64,000 bases of DNA from Candidatus Poribacteria bacterium (GCA_965218095.1 OZ244587.1:1600001-1664000), one strand, 5' to 3'; numbered from the stretch's first letter, positions 20,757-30,872 are shown. Notes: generated by a model not told the origin, from the sequence alone. Made by a program: numbers and translations.

Positions 20757-20945
20757 CTAATCCTTACCCACAGATTTGCAACGCCTTGTGGGGCGTAGGT
20801 TTGCGCCCGACGATGAATCGTCAGGCTACAGGGCTGCGTTCGATGAATCGGACTTTTCGGATCGGCCGAAAGCCCGATTTATCGGGCGCCTGTACCTCTA
20901 GCTCGGCGCTTCATCGCCGAGTGAAAAGATGTGGGTAAAGATAAG
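20757..20945 (+). mobile_element. 189-bp MITE, copy 2
   Basis: Near-identical to 9698-9887; flanks ACTTACCATT / ACTTACCACC. Confidence 0.85.
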
Positions 20946-21061
20946 ACTTACCACCTGGGAGCGTATCATGTACATCACACCATACTGGATGAGCTGTGGC
21001 GGAGTGACAGGCAAGGATGACTGCCAAATACTTGTTTCACAGGACAGCGGAGGGACAGCCT

Positions 21062-22651
21062 ATGCCGAAACCACGCATGATGTTTGAAAACGATTCGCGT
21101 CACACACTGATCTACATGTATGAGCCACCCATACAGCAGGAGGAGCACGAAGCGGCCGTAGATGAGTTGCTGGGAACGCCGATGGAGGCATTGGTGTTCA
21201 ACCTTGGATACGGAAACGCATTCCTTCACGCCACCAACGTTGGTGACCGGTGGGGGCCGGACGCAGCGGCCACAGAGCCGTTTCGCCCGGACAGAGGACG
21301 TCAGTGGGAGCATATCGTGTTCCAACGCGCTTATCGGAATGCCAAAAAGCTCATTGACGAAGGGAACGACCCACTGCGTATCATCTGTGATCGGGCGCGC
21401 GCCAATGGCTTGCTAGTGTACCCGTCCCTTCAGGTACAGGCAAGCGGCGACCAACACCTGAGCATTGGTGCCGGGGGCGATGTCCTTCCTAATTTTCCGG
21501 GGTTTGCAGGTGCTGACTTCAAGCACAAGGAAGTCCGGGACCAGCGGTTCGCCCTAATCGAGGAGGTGCTGATGAACTACTCCATCAACGGCTTTGAGCT
21601 CAACTTCAACCACTACGCCGGGAACCACTTCTTCCATCCCAATGAAGTCGAAGCCGGACGCAGAATTATGACGGACTGGATCGGCCGTGTCTACGATGCT
21701 GTCAAGCAGAACGACCCTGAAAGAGAGCTGGCCGTCCGTATCCCGACAAGCATAGCAGGCTGCCGGTCGGTTGGGCTAGATCCGGAGGAATGGGTCAGAC
21801 GGGGCCTCGTGGATGTCCTGATAGGTGAGAACTTCGGCCTGATGTCACTCGTGGACCCGACCGCCGATTTCCGTCCCCTGGTAGAGGCTGCCAAGGGCGC
21901 TGACTGCCGCGTCCATGCGGTTATCCGGAATAATGTGGACTCGGACCGATTAGGAACGGCGCCGATCGAAATGATCCGCGGAACAGCTTGCAATTACTGG
22001 GCACAAGGCGTTGATGGGCTGTGTCTCGTTCATTGGTACGGAAACTGGCCTTACGGTCCATCATTCTATGAGCAACTCCGCGAACTGCCGTATCCGCAAG
22101 TCATGGCAGTTAAGGACAAGTTCTACTCTATCCCAACCCCACCTGGACGCCACATCGAACAGCCGATAATGGAACCAGGACTGACGATGCAGCTTCCAGT
22201 CGACCTAGAGAAAGACAAACCCGTTCAACTGAATCTTCCCATCAGCGATGACCTTCCCCGGTGGGACCAGGTGGGCCGGGTACACGAGGTGCTCCTTCGC
22301 ATCCGCGTGATGCGCGCAACCGAGCGAGACAGCTTCAGCTTCAAGCTGAATGGAAGCGAACTACCCACCAAGCTCATGCGAAAGATCAATCACGTGTACA
22401 TGATGAACGCGCCACGCTACCGGTTGCACTCCAGCTACTGGTTCATCTTTAAGCTGGATAGCAACCACCGGCCCAACAATGGAGATAACACCGTGACGGT
22501 AACATTGCACGGCCGAGACCCGGAGGCAACCCCACGAATCTTCGTCCGGGATGTGGAACTGGAGCTCAAGTACCTTCGAGGCAAGAGCTACTATCGAGGT
22601 CTCCACAACACCGACCCGGACTTAGGGCCACATGAGCACACGGGGATGTGA
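21062..22651 (+). CDS. GHL10-like (glycosyl hydrolase-like TIM barrel) protein with C-terminal beta domain, intact
   Basis: GGAGG RBS; MPKPRMMFENDSRH, DFKHKEVRDQRFALIEEVL, NGFELNF, GVDGL; family call by motif recall. Confidence 0.7.
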   Translation: MPKPRMMFENDSRHTLIYMYEPPIQQEEHEAAVDELLGTPMEALVFNLGYGNAFLHATNVGDRWGPDAAATEPFRPDRGRQWEHIVFQRAYRNAKKLIDEGNDPLRIICDRARANGLLVYPSLQVQASGDQHLSIGAGGDVLPNFPGFAGADFKHKEVRDQRFALIEEVLMNYSINGFELNFNHYAGNHFFHPNEVEAGRRIMTDWIGRVYDAVKQNDPERELAVRIPTSIAGCRSVGLDPEEWVRRGLVDVLIGENFGLMSLVDPTADFRPLVEAAKGADCRVHAVIRNNVDSDRLGTAPIEMIRGTACNYWAQGVDGLCLVHWYGNWPYGPSFYEQLRELPYPQVMAVKDKFYSIPTPPGRHIEQPIMEPGLTMQLPVDLEKDKPVQLNLPISDDLPRWDQVGRVHEVLLRIRVMRATERDSFSFKLNGSELPTKLMRKINHVYMMNAPRYRLHSSYWFIFKLDSNHRPNNGDNTVTVTLHGRDPEATPRIFVRDVELELKYLRGKSYYRGLHNTDPDLGPHEHTGM

Positions 22652-22794
22652 ACACGGGCAGTGACATACACAACCTGTCAGTCAGAAAAATTGACGATTG
22701 ATGCGTAAAAATGCGACACTAATGGCGTTTTCACGTAATGGGATTCTTTGAGAAGCGATGGCTGACCAGCCTGACGACAGAAAGGAGAGAAAAC

Positions 22795-22989
22795 GTGGAG
22801 ATAAAAGTTCACAATAATAACGTCGAAAAAGCACTTAGAGACTTGAAACGAAAACTCCAGAGGGACGGTTTTATCAAAGAACTCAGGAACAGACGTTTCT
22901 ATGAAAAACCTTCCGAAAAAAGGAATCGAAAACAAAAAGAAGCAAAAAGGAAAAGGGCAAAAACTCGGAGATTTGAACGTTTGCGGTGA
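22795..22989 (+). CDS. rpsU: 30S ribosomal protein S21
   Basis: AAGGAG RBS, GTG start; NNVEKALRDLKRKLQRDG, RRFYEKPSEKR. Confidence 0.95.
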   Translation: MEIKVHNNNVEKALRDLKRKLQRDGFIKELRNRRFYEKPSEKRNRKQKEAKRKRAKTRRFERLR

Positions 22990-23102
22990 GTTTTTGTACG
23001 AATGGGGTCACTTCACATTGGCGCTCTTAAGGTCGGTGTAAAGCGTCTGTTTTGAGATACGCATTAGGGGGTATCTGACCAGATTTAGTGGAAGGTTCAA
23101 TC

Positions 23103-23981
23103 ATGTCCACTATCAAGCTCTCAAATCAGCACATTGCGGACCTTAACCGTCGCAGACGGACCGTGGTCAACTACGATAGCCAGTGCCATGCGCCTCCGTT
23201 CATCTGCGAGGGCGTGGAGCCTCAACAGCTCGTCGAGTTTTCGTTCAGCCTAATCGACACCGGCGAGCACGGCATTGATGCCATGTGGTGGTGTTTTGGC
23301 CCGGGGGACGAGGCAGCCTATCCGAGCAAGGTATTGCCCACTTACAAAGCAGCGAAATATAAAAAATGGATCGAAGCGGGCGTCGACATCGTGCGCCTCT
23401 ACATCGAACAGACCCAAAAACGTGGGCTGGAGGTGTTTATCTCTTGGCACATGAACGGGGGGCCCGCCTCCGCCCTGTGGACAAACAAGTTTATCGTAGA
23501 CTACCCGATAGCCGGCGATCTGGACCGAGATGAGATGGAGCCACAAAAGAAAGCCCATCCCGACTGACTTATGGAGGTCTAGCAGGGGATGCACTTTTGG
23601 AACTACGCCGTACCGGGCGCACACAAATACCGGTTGCGTTGTCTTCGAGAGGTGGCGGAAAACTATGATCTGGATGGGTTCGAGTTGGACTTTTGTCGAG
23701 GGATTCCCTTTCTACCCGTGGGCCACCAATGGGAGAACCGCGACCGACTGACGGACTTCGTTCGCTCCGTGCGCTTTATGTTGCTGGAGCTCGAGGAGAA
23801 ACGCGGTCGGCCGTTGTTGCTGGCAGCGAGGGTGCCGGACCATGTGGAAGGGGCCAAGATAGATGGCCTCGATCTGGAAACGTGGGCGCGAGAACACTTG
23901 GGCGACATCTTTGTCCCCGGTGCCCAATCGCTCGACAACGACGTGGCAAGCTTCCGCCAGCAGATAATGAAGAAGACCTGA
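23103..23981 (+). pseudogene. GHL10-like protein with in-frame TGA (23565) and TAG (23580), 3'-truncated
   Basis: AHPD*LMEV*QGMHFWNYAVP..EVAENYDLDGFELDFCR. Confidence 0.8.
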
Positions 23982-24026
23982 ATCAGGTAGACGCTCTCAA
24001 CAGATGTTGGTAAAGACGGTGCGACG

Positions 24027-24817
24027 ATGCGTCTTATCCCCGACGATGCGTTTGCGATGGGCGAGCATCCCAACGAAAGCGACAGCGACGACAAACCCGT
24101 CCACACCATCTTCCTTGATGCGTTCTACATTGATGTGTATGAAGTGACCGGCACAATGTACGCAAAGTTCCTCAACTCCGTTGGGCGGCATGTAGGGGAT
24201 GGCGGGGAGGCATGGTTAGACATAGGCGACGTCAATACGCTGATTGAATTGGTTGGCGGCCGGTACCGTCCGAAGGCGGGGTTTGAAGATCATCCTGTGA
24301 TTAGAGTGAGTTGGTACGGTTCAGCGGCCTACGCCCAATGGGCCGGCAAACGTCTCCCCACGGAAGCGGAGTGGGAGAAATCCGCCCGCGGCGGCCTGGT
24401 TGGAAAGCGTTACCCGTGGGGCGATGAAATCTCTCATGACGACGCCAATTATTTAGGCGCTGGGGGCGCAATAAATGGGGACGAAGTTCCCCTGTCGGTA
24501 GCTTTCCACCCAACGGATATGGCCTGTACGACATGACGGGGAACATCTGGGAGTGGTGCATGGACGAATACGATCCTGGCTTTTATGCCAGCAGTCCGAA
24601 AAAGAATCCGGTGGCAGGCGGCTTAATATCTTTCGTGAATAATAATCTTACAAATGCCAAAACTGTTCGCGTCCTTCGCGGTGGGTTGTGGTACAACGAT
24701 CCGAACATCCTCCGCGTAGCGAACCGCGGATGCCTCGAACCAGCGTTCATGTTCTTCGACTACGGTTTTCGTTGCACCGTGCGCTCTGAAGAGATTTCAG
24801 ACAATGGAGAAATATGA
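24027..24817 (+). pseudogene. FGE-sulfatase (SUMF1/C-type lectin fold) domain protein, frameshifted at G5 run 24462-24466, N-terminus missing
   Basis: [59 protein letters not shown]. Confidence 0.88.
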
Positions 24818-25024
24818 GTTTAATTCTCACCCGCAGCGAAAGTTGTAATCATTGATACCCCCCGTCAATATCAATGAATGGGGCGCCTGTCCCCATGTGT
24901 TTTACCTCAACTGCGGTATTGGAAACGATGCGGTGGTACAGGTTTAACAAGGTTGAATATAGATTTTGATGAGGAATCGAATCATTGGAATCTCCATCTT
25001 GCTGAGAATTAGGATCAAGGAGGA

Positions 25025-25765
25025 GTGGTGCTTATGCTTACACCTGACGAAAAGCAATTCTACGACGAGAACGGTTATATTCTGAAGCAAGGACTTGTCT
25101 CGTTTGAGGAGATAGAAAAGATCCGAGAGGAAATCAACAACATCCACAACCGCATGGCAAAACAACCGATTGAGGGGGTCGAAGTCTCGTGGGAGGAATT
25201 CGATGACCCAAACACGCCGCCGCGGATCAAGCAACTGATGCGAAGCGACCTGGTCAGTCCGACCCTGAACAAAATCTTGCGCTCTGATGCAATGCTGGAT
25301 ATTCTCGAACAACTGATTGGGCCCGACATTTCATTGTTTCACACCAAGCTGCTCCCCAAAGACGCCAAAGACGGCACGGCGATTCCCTGGCATCAGGATT
25401 ATGCCTACTGGAATCAGGACGATAACCGCCCGCTGATGGTGAACTGCCAATTGGCAATTGACGCAACAACACGGGAAAATGGATGCATACAGTTTGTCCC
25501 TGGCAGTCACAAATGGGGGTTGCAGGAGCACGAGTGGGGACAACAGAAGTTTCGCCTGTTTCTGCCGGGACACTACTATGAACGTGATGATGCGGTCACA
25601 GTGGAGATGGAGACGGGTGATGGCGTTTTTTTCAATGCGCTGATTATTCATGGCTCTGCTGCCAACACATCAACGCGCTCCCGACGGATGAATACCCTCG
25701 CTTATAATGTCACGGGCAACGGCGTGACTCAGTGTCGGGAGGCGCTTCGGGGCAAACCGCTCTGA
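25025..25765 (+). CDS. PhyH family dioxygenase
   Basis: FYDENGY, WHQD, ENGCIQFVPGSH, IIHGSAAN; start may be ATG 25034. Confidence 0.93.
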   Translation: MVLMLTPDEKQFYDENGYILKQGLVSFEEIEKIREEINNIHNRMAKQPIEGVEVSWEEFDDPNTPPRIKQLMRSDLVSPTLNKILRSDAMLDILEQLIGPDISLFHTKLLPKDAKDGTAIPWHQDYAYWNQDDNRPLMVNCQLAIDATTRENGCIQFVPGSHKWGLQEHEWGQQKFRLFLPGHYYERDDAVTVEMETGDGVFFNALIIHGSAANTSTRSRRMNTLAYNVTGNGVTQCREALRGKPL

Positions 25766-26402
25766 AGCGTTCAGCCGCGAAGGATTGGGGCATTCGAGCC
25801 TTGAAGTGTTCAGGTCTTGGAGTGATGGTGTATTGGGTATTGCTGTGCCCTGCCGTATGATCCTAGACGCCGTCTGGCGAAATGCGCAATGAATTGCGCT
25901 ACTACGAACTAAACTAGCACCAAAAGTCGTAATATATGGCAGATTGAAAGCAATCCTCAAAAAGGAAGGGCTTTGAAATGAAATCAACGGTCAGAAAATT
26001 AACCATAGGGACTGCACTATCAACCGACATCAGTTCTGTTAATCTGCCCTTGTCCGATTTTGATGGAATGAAAATACGAATCGGTTATCGGACATGAATT
26101 ATCCTGAATTTCACTTTAGTGACACGGATGTAGCGCGGATTTGAGATTTTAGTCTTACATAAGGCACAAACGGTGATTATTGATATATTGTCGTAATGTG
26201 AGATATCCATGAGCCGGCAAGGTGTCTGCGGCTGGCCAAGGACCGAGTCTCGCATAACTACGAGATGGTGCCGATCTGCTAGGCTTCGGGTCATCCGAAC
26301 TCCTGTTTCCGATGCGACCGGCTATAAACACCTGTCATTGCCACACATAGAGCGGAGAAGATTTGAGGAGCCTCTGAATCATCCGAATAGAAAGGTCTAC
26401 AT

Positions 26403-27422
26403 ATGAAAGTGAATTGGGTTAGAAAGGTCTATGCTAACGGTAGAGGTTGGCACGTCGGGAGTATGGTCAAGTGGAAAGGCGCCTACTACATTTGTTTCGT
26501 TGATGGCACCGGCCACGGGACTGAGGACTCCCAAATCAGGATAAGTGGCTCAATCGACCTGGAGAATTGGACATCTCAAATTGCAATTGGAAAGACAAGT
26601 ATCGACCCGCAGCTTCTACCTATTGGAGATGAGCTCTTCCTCTATGCGGTAACACTTGATTATGCGGTAACACTTGATCAGAAAACAGAATCTGATTTCG
26701 GGTTTCCATCATGGGAAGTAGTTGCATCAACAGAAGATGGGATGACCTGGACTAAACCGAAAAGATGCTTCTCGATGAACCATGACTTTTGGCACCCAAC
26801 AGCATATGGAGGCCGCTATTATGTGGCATGTGATAATGCTGGGCATGTGCCAACAGGCATTCATGCTAAGGTTGACCTTCTCACTTCAGAGGATGGTGAG
26901 CGGTGGAGTTGGGTCTCAGAAATAGTCCATGGGACTGAGGAACCTGAGCATTATGATATAGAGAGATCACGCTATTTTGGCACGCCGATGCCAAGTGAAA
27001 CAGCACTCTGCTTCTTTGACGACGGCCGCGTGTTAGCAGTCACACGGGCAAGGGGATGTTGTGCTTTGTTTTCCACTTCAGACCCACCCTATGAAAGGTG
27101 GGAGTATCACCTCTCTGAAACCTCACGTTGCTACGGCGCTACAATAGCAAAAGTTGGTGCTCATATCGTGGTGACCGGCCGATACTTCCAGGATGAAGCT
27201 GACGCTTCACTAGAAGTTGATGGCGCAGCGACCGGAGTCCACCTGTACGAGGATGGAGATATTAGGCTGCAAACGCTGCTCCCTAGCGGAAAAGACACAG
27301 GTTACGCCGGGATTCTCCCACTCAGTGATAACGAAGCTCTCATTGCTTATTACTCAAGCCATGAATATCCCGAATCAACCGGTTCCAACGTCTACCTCGC
27401 CTCAGTATCCCTTGAAGCTTGA
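26403..27422 (+). CDS. Beta-propeller/BNR-like glycosidase-type protein
   Basis: STEDGMTW, SEDGERW, PSET, LPSGKDTGYAG, YYSSHE; contains in-frame 18-bp duplication YAVTLD x2 (26643-26678). Confidence 0.7.
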   Translation: MKVNWVRKVYANGRGWHVGSMVKWKGAYYICFVDGTGHGTEDSQIRISGSIDLENWTSQIAIGKTSIDPQLLPIGDELFLYAVTLDYAVTLDQKTESDFGFPSWEVVASTEDGMTWTKPKRCFSMNHDFWHPTAYGGRYYVACDNAGHVPTGIHAKVDLLTSEDGERWSWVSEIVHGTEEPEHYDIERSRYFGTPMPSETALCFFDDGRVLAVTRARGCCALFSTSDPPYERWEYHLSETSRCYGATIAKVGAHIVVTGRYFQDEADASLEVDGAATGVHLYEDGDIRLQTLLPSGKDTGYAGILPLSDNEALIAYYSSHEYPESTGSNVYLASVSLEA

Positions 27423-27817
27423 AGCCCTATCAGCCCTTGGACGATACGCACATGGCCGACTCGACACCCGCACGAAGGGGATTGCGTCTTAACAGAAGCA
27501 CTGGTCAAAACCCCATCCCGTTTCTTGATATTTGTACATTCTTGGTATGTATATAAAAAAACAGTGACGGCAAAAGGATGGTACAAACCTCGTCATCCGT
27601 GAAGCGAATTAGAGTGATCAGATGCTCGCAAGGGACAGATTCTCGCCCGAACATCTTCGGATCGTCATGGACGGCGAGGTCGTCATTGCGCCGCTCGACA
27701 ACAGGGGCTACGCCAACAACATGATCATCGGTCCAGACGGCGCGATCTGGCTGATGATGCGAAGGCTATTTACCAAAGTCAAAGAGCTAATCGCCTTAAA
27801 AAGAGAGGATGAGAGAA

Positions 27818-28984
27818 ATGGCAGTCGCCCAAAACAATCTCGACTCTTATCTCACGGCAGCTCGTGAACTGGCGCCCCGTGTGGCGGCTGCTGCAGACCG
27901 CATCGATCGGGAGCGAGCGCTGCCGCCAGAGCTTTTTATGGAGATTGCGGACAAGGATTTTTTCCGCCTGCTCGTGCCTCGCTCCCTCGGTGGTGGGGAG
28001 ATCGACTATCTGGAGTATCTTCGCATCATTCATACCTTTGCTGAAGCCGACGGTAGTACCGCTTGGTGTATCAACCAGAATAATGTCTTTGCGACCGTCT
28101 CTGCCAAAATGCCCGAGCGGCTAGCGCAAGAGATCTGGGGTAACCAACATGCGGTGGTCGCAAATGGTCCCTCGACAAATGCCTTTGCCGTTCCTGTCAG
28201 TGGGGGTTACCGTCTGACGGGGCGGTGGAATTTTAGCAGTGGATGCCGCCATGCGACCTGGATGGCTGCGGTCGCTCCCATCAGGCACCCCACCCCTGAC
28301 ACAGACGCTTCGACGGACAAGACGGATGTCCGGATGCTGATCATGCCGAAGAAAGATGTGGACCTCGTAGACGTTTGGCAGGTCAATGGGCTTCGTGGGA
28401 CTGGGACTTTCAGCTTCGAGGTCGAGGATGTCTTCGTCCCCGGCCTCCGGACGTTCAACCCGTCCGACACCCCTCGCGAAGGTGGCGCACTGTATGTGAT
28501 GCCAATGTTGCTACTTTTCGCTTCGGGATTTGCATGCGTGGCACTCGGTGTCGCCCGTACGGCTCTTGATGGCGCCATTGAACTCGCTGGTGGTAAGCGG
28601 CCCCGCTTGGATCGAGACCTGCTGCGAGACAAACCTGTCGTCCAGCGGGAGATAGGCAAAGCAGAGGCAGTCTGGGGCTCGGCGCGAGTGTTTCTTCTCG
28701 ATACCGCATCCGCAGCGTGGGAGAGCGCGTGTCAGATTCACGCCTTGACGCTTGAGGAGCGCATTCGATTACGACTGGCTTCGACCCACGCCATCCGCAT
28801 GGCGGCCGAGGTGGTTGATATTGCCTACAACGTGTGCGGTTCCGACGCCATTTTCGAGAGCAATCCGATTCAACGCCGATTTCAGGACGTACACGTCATC
28901 ACGCAGCAGATTCAGGGGCGTATGGCCCACTATGACACGGCAGGGCAGTTCTTCCTGGGTTTGGAACCTGAAGGCATGTTCTGA
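27818..28984 (+). CDS. Acyl-CoA dehydrogenase-fold flavin-dependent monooxygenase (HsaA-like)
   Basis: ADGSTAW, GRWNFSSGC.HATW, W...GLRGTGT, PIQRRFQD. Confidence 0.88.
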   Translation: MAVAQNNLDSYLTAARELAPRVAAAADRIDRERALPPELFMEIADKDFFRLLVPRSLGGGEIDYLEYLRIIHTFAEADGSTAWCINQNNVFATVSAKMPERLAQEIWGNQHAVVANGPSTNAFAVPVSGGYRLTGRWNFSSGCRHATWMAAVAPIRHPTPDTDASTDKTDVRMLIMPKKDVDLVDVWQVNGLRGTGTFSFEVEDVFVPGLRTFNPSDTPREGGALYVMPMLLLFASGFACVALGVARTALDGAIELAGGKRPRLDRDLLRDKPVVQREIGKAEAVWGSARVFLLDTASAAWESACQIHALTLEERIRLRLASTHAIRMAAEVVDIAYNVCGSDAIFESNPIQRRFQDVHVITQQIQGRMAHYDTAGQFFLGLEPEGMF

Positions 28985-29125
28985 CGGCGTCGTGAGTTGA
29001 GCGCGTTAGCTAAACCTTATAGAAGCTGAAAAGAGAGACCATTAGATCGGGGCAGGATCGTCTGCCCAACTTGCACCAAGCCTTTAATATAAGCCAACTT
29101 TATCAGGATAACTCCCCCAATCGCC

Positions 29126-29443
29126 CTATTGCATTGGTGAGAAAGAGGTCGGAACGAGCAGGTGTGAGATGATTTCCTCGACGATGGGACCATTGGCTTC
29201 GGTCTGTTCCTTGGCTTTTATCCATTCCGGATCCGCCCGAAAAGCATCCCATGCCTTGTCCATCGCCGCTTCGTTTTCAAATCTGCAGATGTAGACCAGG
29301 TCGTTGGCATCCGAGCGAGTCCAGAAGCCGACGACTTCGATACCGTGCTTCTCGAAGAGGTTGAAGGTGATAGTTTCAAACCGGTTGAGGATGTCCGGCA
29401 TCCGACCTTCGGGAATTTTATAGGTTCGGAGTTCGTAAATCAT
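29126..29443 (-). CDS. NIPSNAP family protein
   Basis: MIYELRTY, HGIEVVGFW, AWDAFRADPEW, LVPTSFSP. Confidence 0.92.
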   Translation of the reverse strand: MIYELRTYKIPEGRMPDILNRFETITFNLFEKHGIEVVGFWTRSDANDLVYICRFENEAAMDKAWDAFRADPEWIKAKEQTEANGPIVEEIISHLLVPTSFSPMQ

Positions 29444-29482
29444 TGTCAATCTCCTTTCGATTTTAAAAAGCATCCGTTCTCT

Positions 29483-30541
29483 CTACACATGAAATACATA
29501 CAAATCCCGATTCTGCATCGGCAACTCGACCCACCGGCCGCCCTGCCGATGGCTCTCCGCCACTGTGATGCACGCCTCTGTGATATGGTGTGTGACTTCA
29601 ATATTGCCGAGTGATGGTCGTCCCGACTCATACGAGTCTATTAGGTCTTCCAAGCAAGAAACGACCGTGCGCACCGGTGCGACCTCTGGAAATGACTGCC
29701 CCTCCCATTGCAGCGGCCAGCCTTCGGTCGTATTTCCCTTCCGGAACGTCACCGCCGCGCCATCGCGCATCGATCGGATAGTTCCTTCCGTCCCAACGAC
29801 CTCATACTCCCGTCCACCCGCTGGCGCCGACCACGCCTCTATTCCGTTGGCAAAGGAGAGTTGAAACATTCCCTGCGGATCTTCCTCAAGCCGGTTGTCC
29901 TCAATCTTCAGATTTCGGGGTAGCAGATCTCCGCGTACCGTCGCAATCCGTGGATCGCCCAGCAAGTAAGAAAGGGTATCCATCCAATGAATGTGCACAT
30001 GCATCAGACTCGCAGCCCCATAAACTACCGCCGCTTGAGGTTCACCTATGTCTCCTCGCGCAATCATCTGTCGTATTATTTTGTACTGTTCGCTAAACCG
30101 CCTCAACACGCCGGTATTGAACACAGTTCCATGTTTGCGACAGGCTTCAAGGACTTCATCAGCCTTCTGCACGGAACAGGACATTGCCTTCTCAACGAAA
30201 AGCATCGGCGCCCCGGCGTTCGCCGCATGGACCGCCATATCTGCGTGTGCATCGTCTCGAAAGGCTGTTGATGGCGCTCGACTGCCAGGTTTGGGCAAGC
30301 CGGTTGCGGTCGTACACACCGCCACTAGATCTGGCTGCTCCTGCTCGATCATTTCCTGGTAGTCTTCGTAAACCGCCGCTATGCCCCATTTTTCTTGGAA
30401 TGCCTCCCGCCGCTCCGGGAGGGTCTCCGCCCCCGCCACGACTTGAAGCCGTTCACTCGCCTGGGACGCCGACGCAATCGATTGGTCAAGTGTACTGCCC
30501 ATACGCCCTAGCCCCACAATCACTACTCGGTAGGTCTTCAT
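29483..30541 (-). CDS. Gfo/Idh/MocA family oxidoreductase
   Basis: VGLGRMG, PDLVAVCT, VEKAM. Confidence 0.9.
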   Translation of the reverse strand: MKTYRVVIVGLGRMGSTLDQSIASASQASERLQVVAGAETLPERREAFQEKWGIAAVYEDYQEMIEQEQPDLVAVCTTATGLPKPGSRAPSTAFRDDAHADMAVHAANAGAPMLFVEKAMSCSVQKADEVLEACRKHGTVFNTGVLRRFSEQYKIIRQMIARGDIGEPQAAVVYGAASLMHVHIHWMDTLSYLLGDPRIATVRGDLLPRNLKIEDNRLEEDPQGMFQLSFANGIEAWSAPAGGREYEVVGTEGTIRSMRDGAAVTFRKGNTTEGWPLQWEGQSFPEVAPVRTVVSCLEDLIDSYESGRPSLGNIEVTHHITEACITVAESHRQGGRWVELPMQNRDLYVFHV

Positions 30542-30664
30542 TGTATCTTCCTCCACGTATAAACTATGAAAATGTGCAAAGGTGTTGCACGGTGTATCTT
30601 TAACCGCTCGGATGTTATCACAAATACAGGTGGGAGGCTATGAAAAACTTCAGCCTATATTGTA

Positions 30665-30681
30665 GGTTCTGTTGACATTTG
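30665..30681 (+). mobile_element. Solo TIR of the IS5-family element
   Basis: TA|GGTTCTGTTGACATTTG identical to the left TIR at 7874 and 14136, with no transposase after it. Confidence 0.75.
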
Positions 30682-30720
30682 ACAGATTGAACCCATCTCC
30701 GTTCCGGGAGTCAGCATTTT

Positions 30721-30872
30721 GGGCAGGCACAAGACCTGCCCCTACATTTGGTTGATTCCTGTAGGAGCAACCCCCCGATGGATCGGGATTCAAAGCAACT
30801 TGTGGTTGCCATGCTATCGGTCGATTTTCCAAAATCGACATTTTTGTGTCGAGATATGAATCTCGACTTACT
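30721..30872. repeat. Cluster of GTAG-type REP-like palindromes
   Basis: GGGCAGG-CACAAGA-CCTGCCC-CTAC; GTAGGAGCAACC[insert]GGTTGCC; GTCGATTTT..AAAATCGAC plus GTCGAGAT-ATGA-ATCTCGAC doublet also found at 36708-36765. Confidence 0.75.

Noticed and set aside
20687-20938. 83-aa ORF, and the similar 9839..10057 and 30650..30961 ORFs
   Set aside because: They run through MITE/REP sequence and are not credible proteins
24027-24817. A complete DGR or a true formylglycine-generating enzyme in this window
   Set aside because: No reverse transcriptase or AAC-rich template repeat is present, and the catalytic Cys pair of FGE is absent
26200-26330. Possible SAM-I riboswitch (ATGGTGCC motif) upstream of 26403
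   Set aside because: The other conserved elements (P1 ATC..GAT frame with GAGGGA and GCAACC) could not be placed
27622-27790. Short ORF resembling a propeller-protein fragment
   Set aside because: Too short and degraded to assign
28995-29012. GTTAGCT after the monooxygenase gene, and a similar one near 32504, as attC R' boxes
   Set aside because: No matching R'' or L boxes and no following cassette-like ORF
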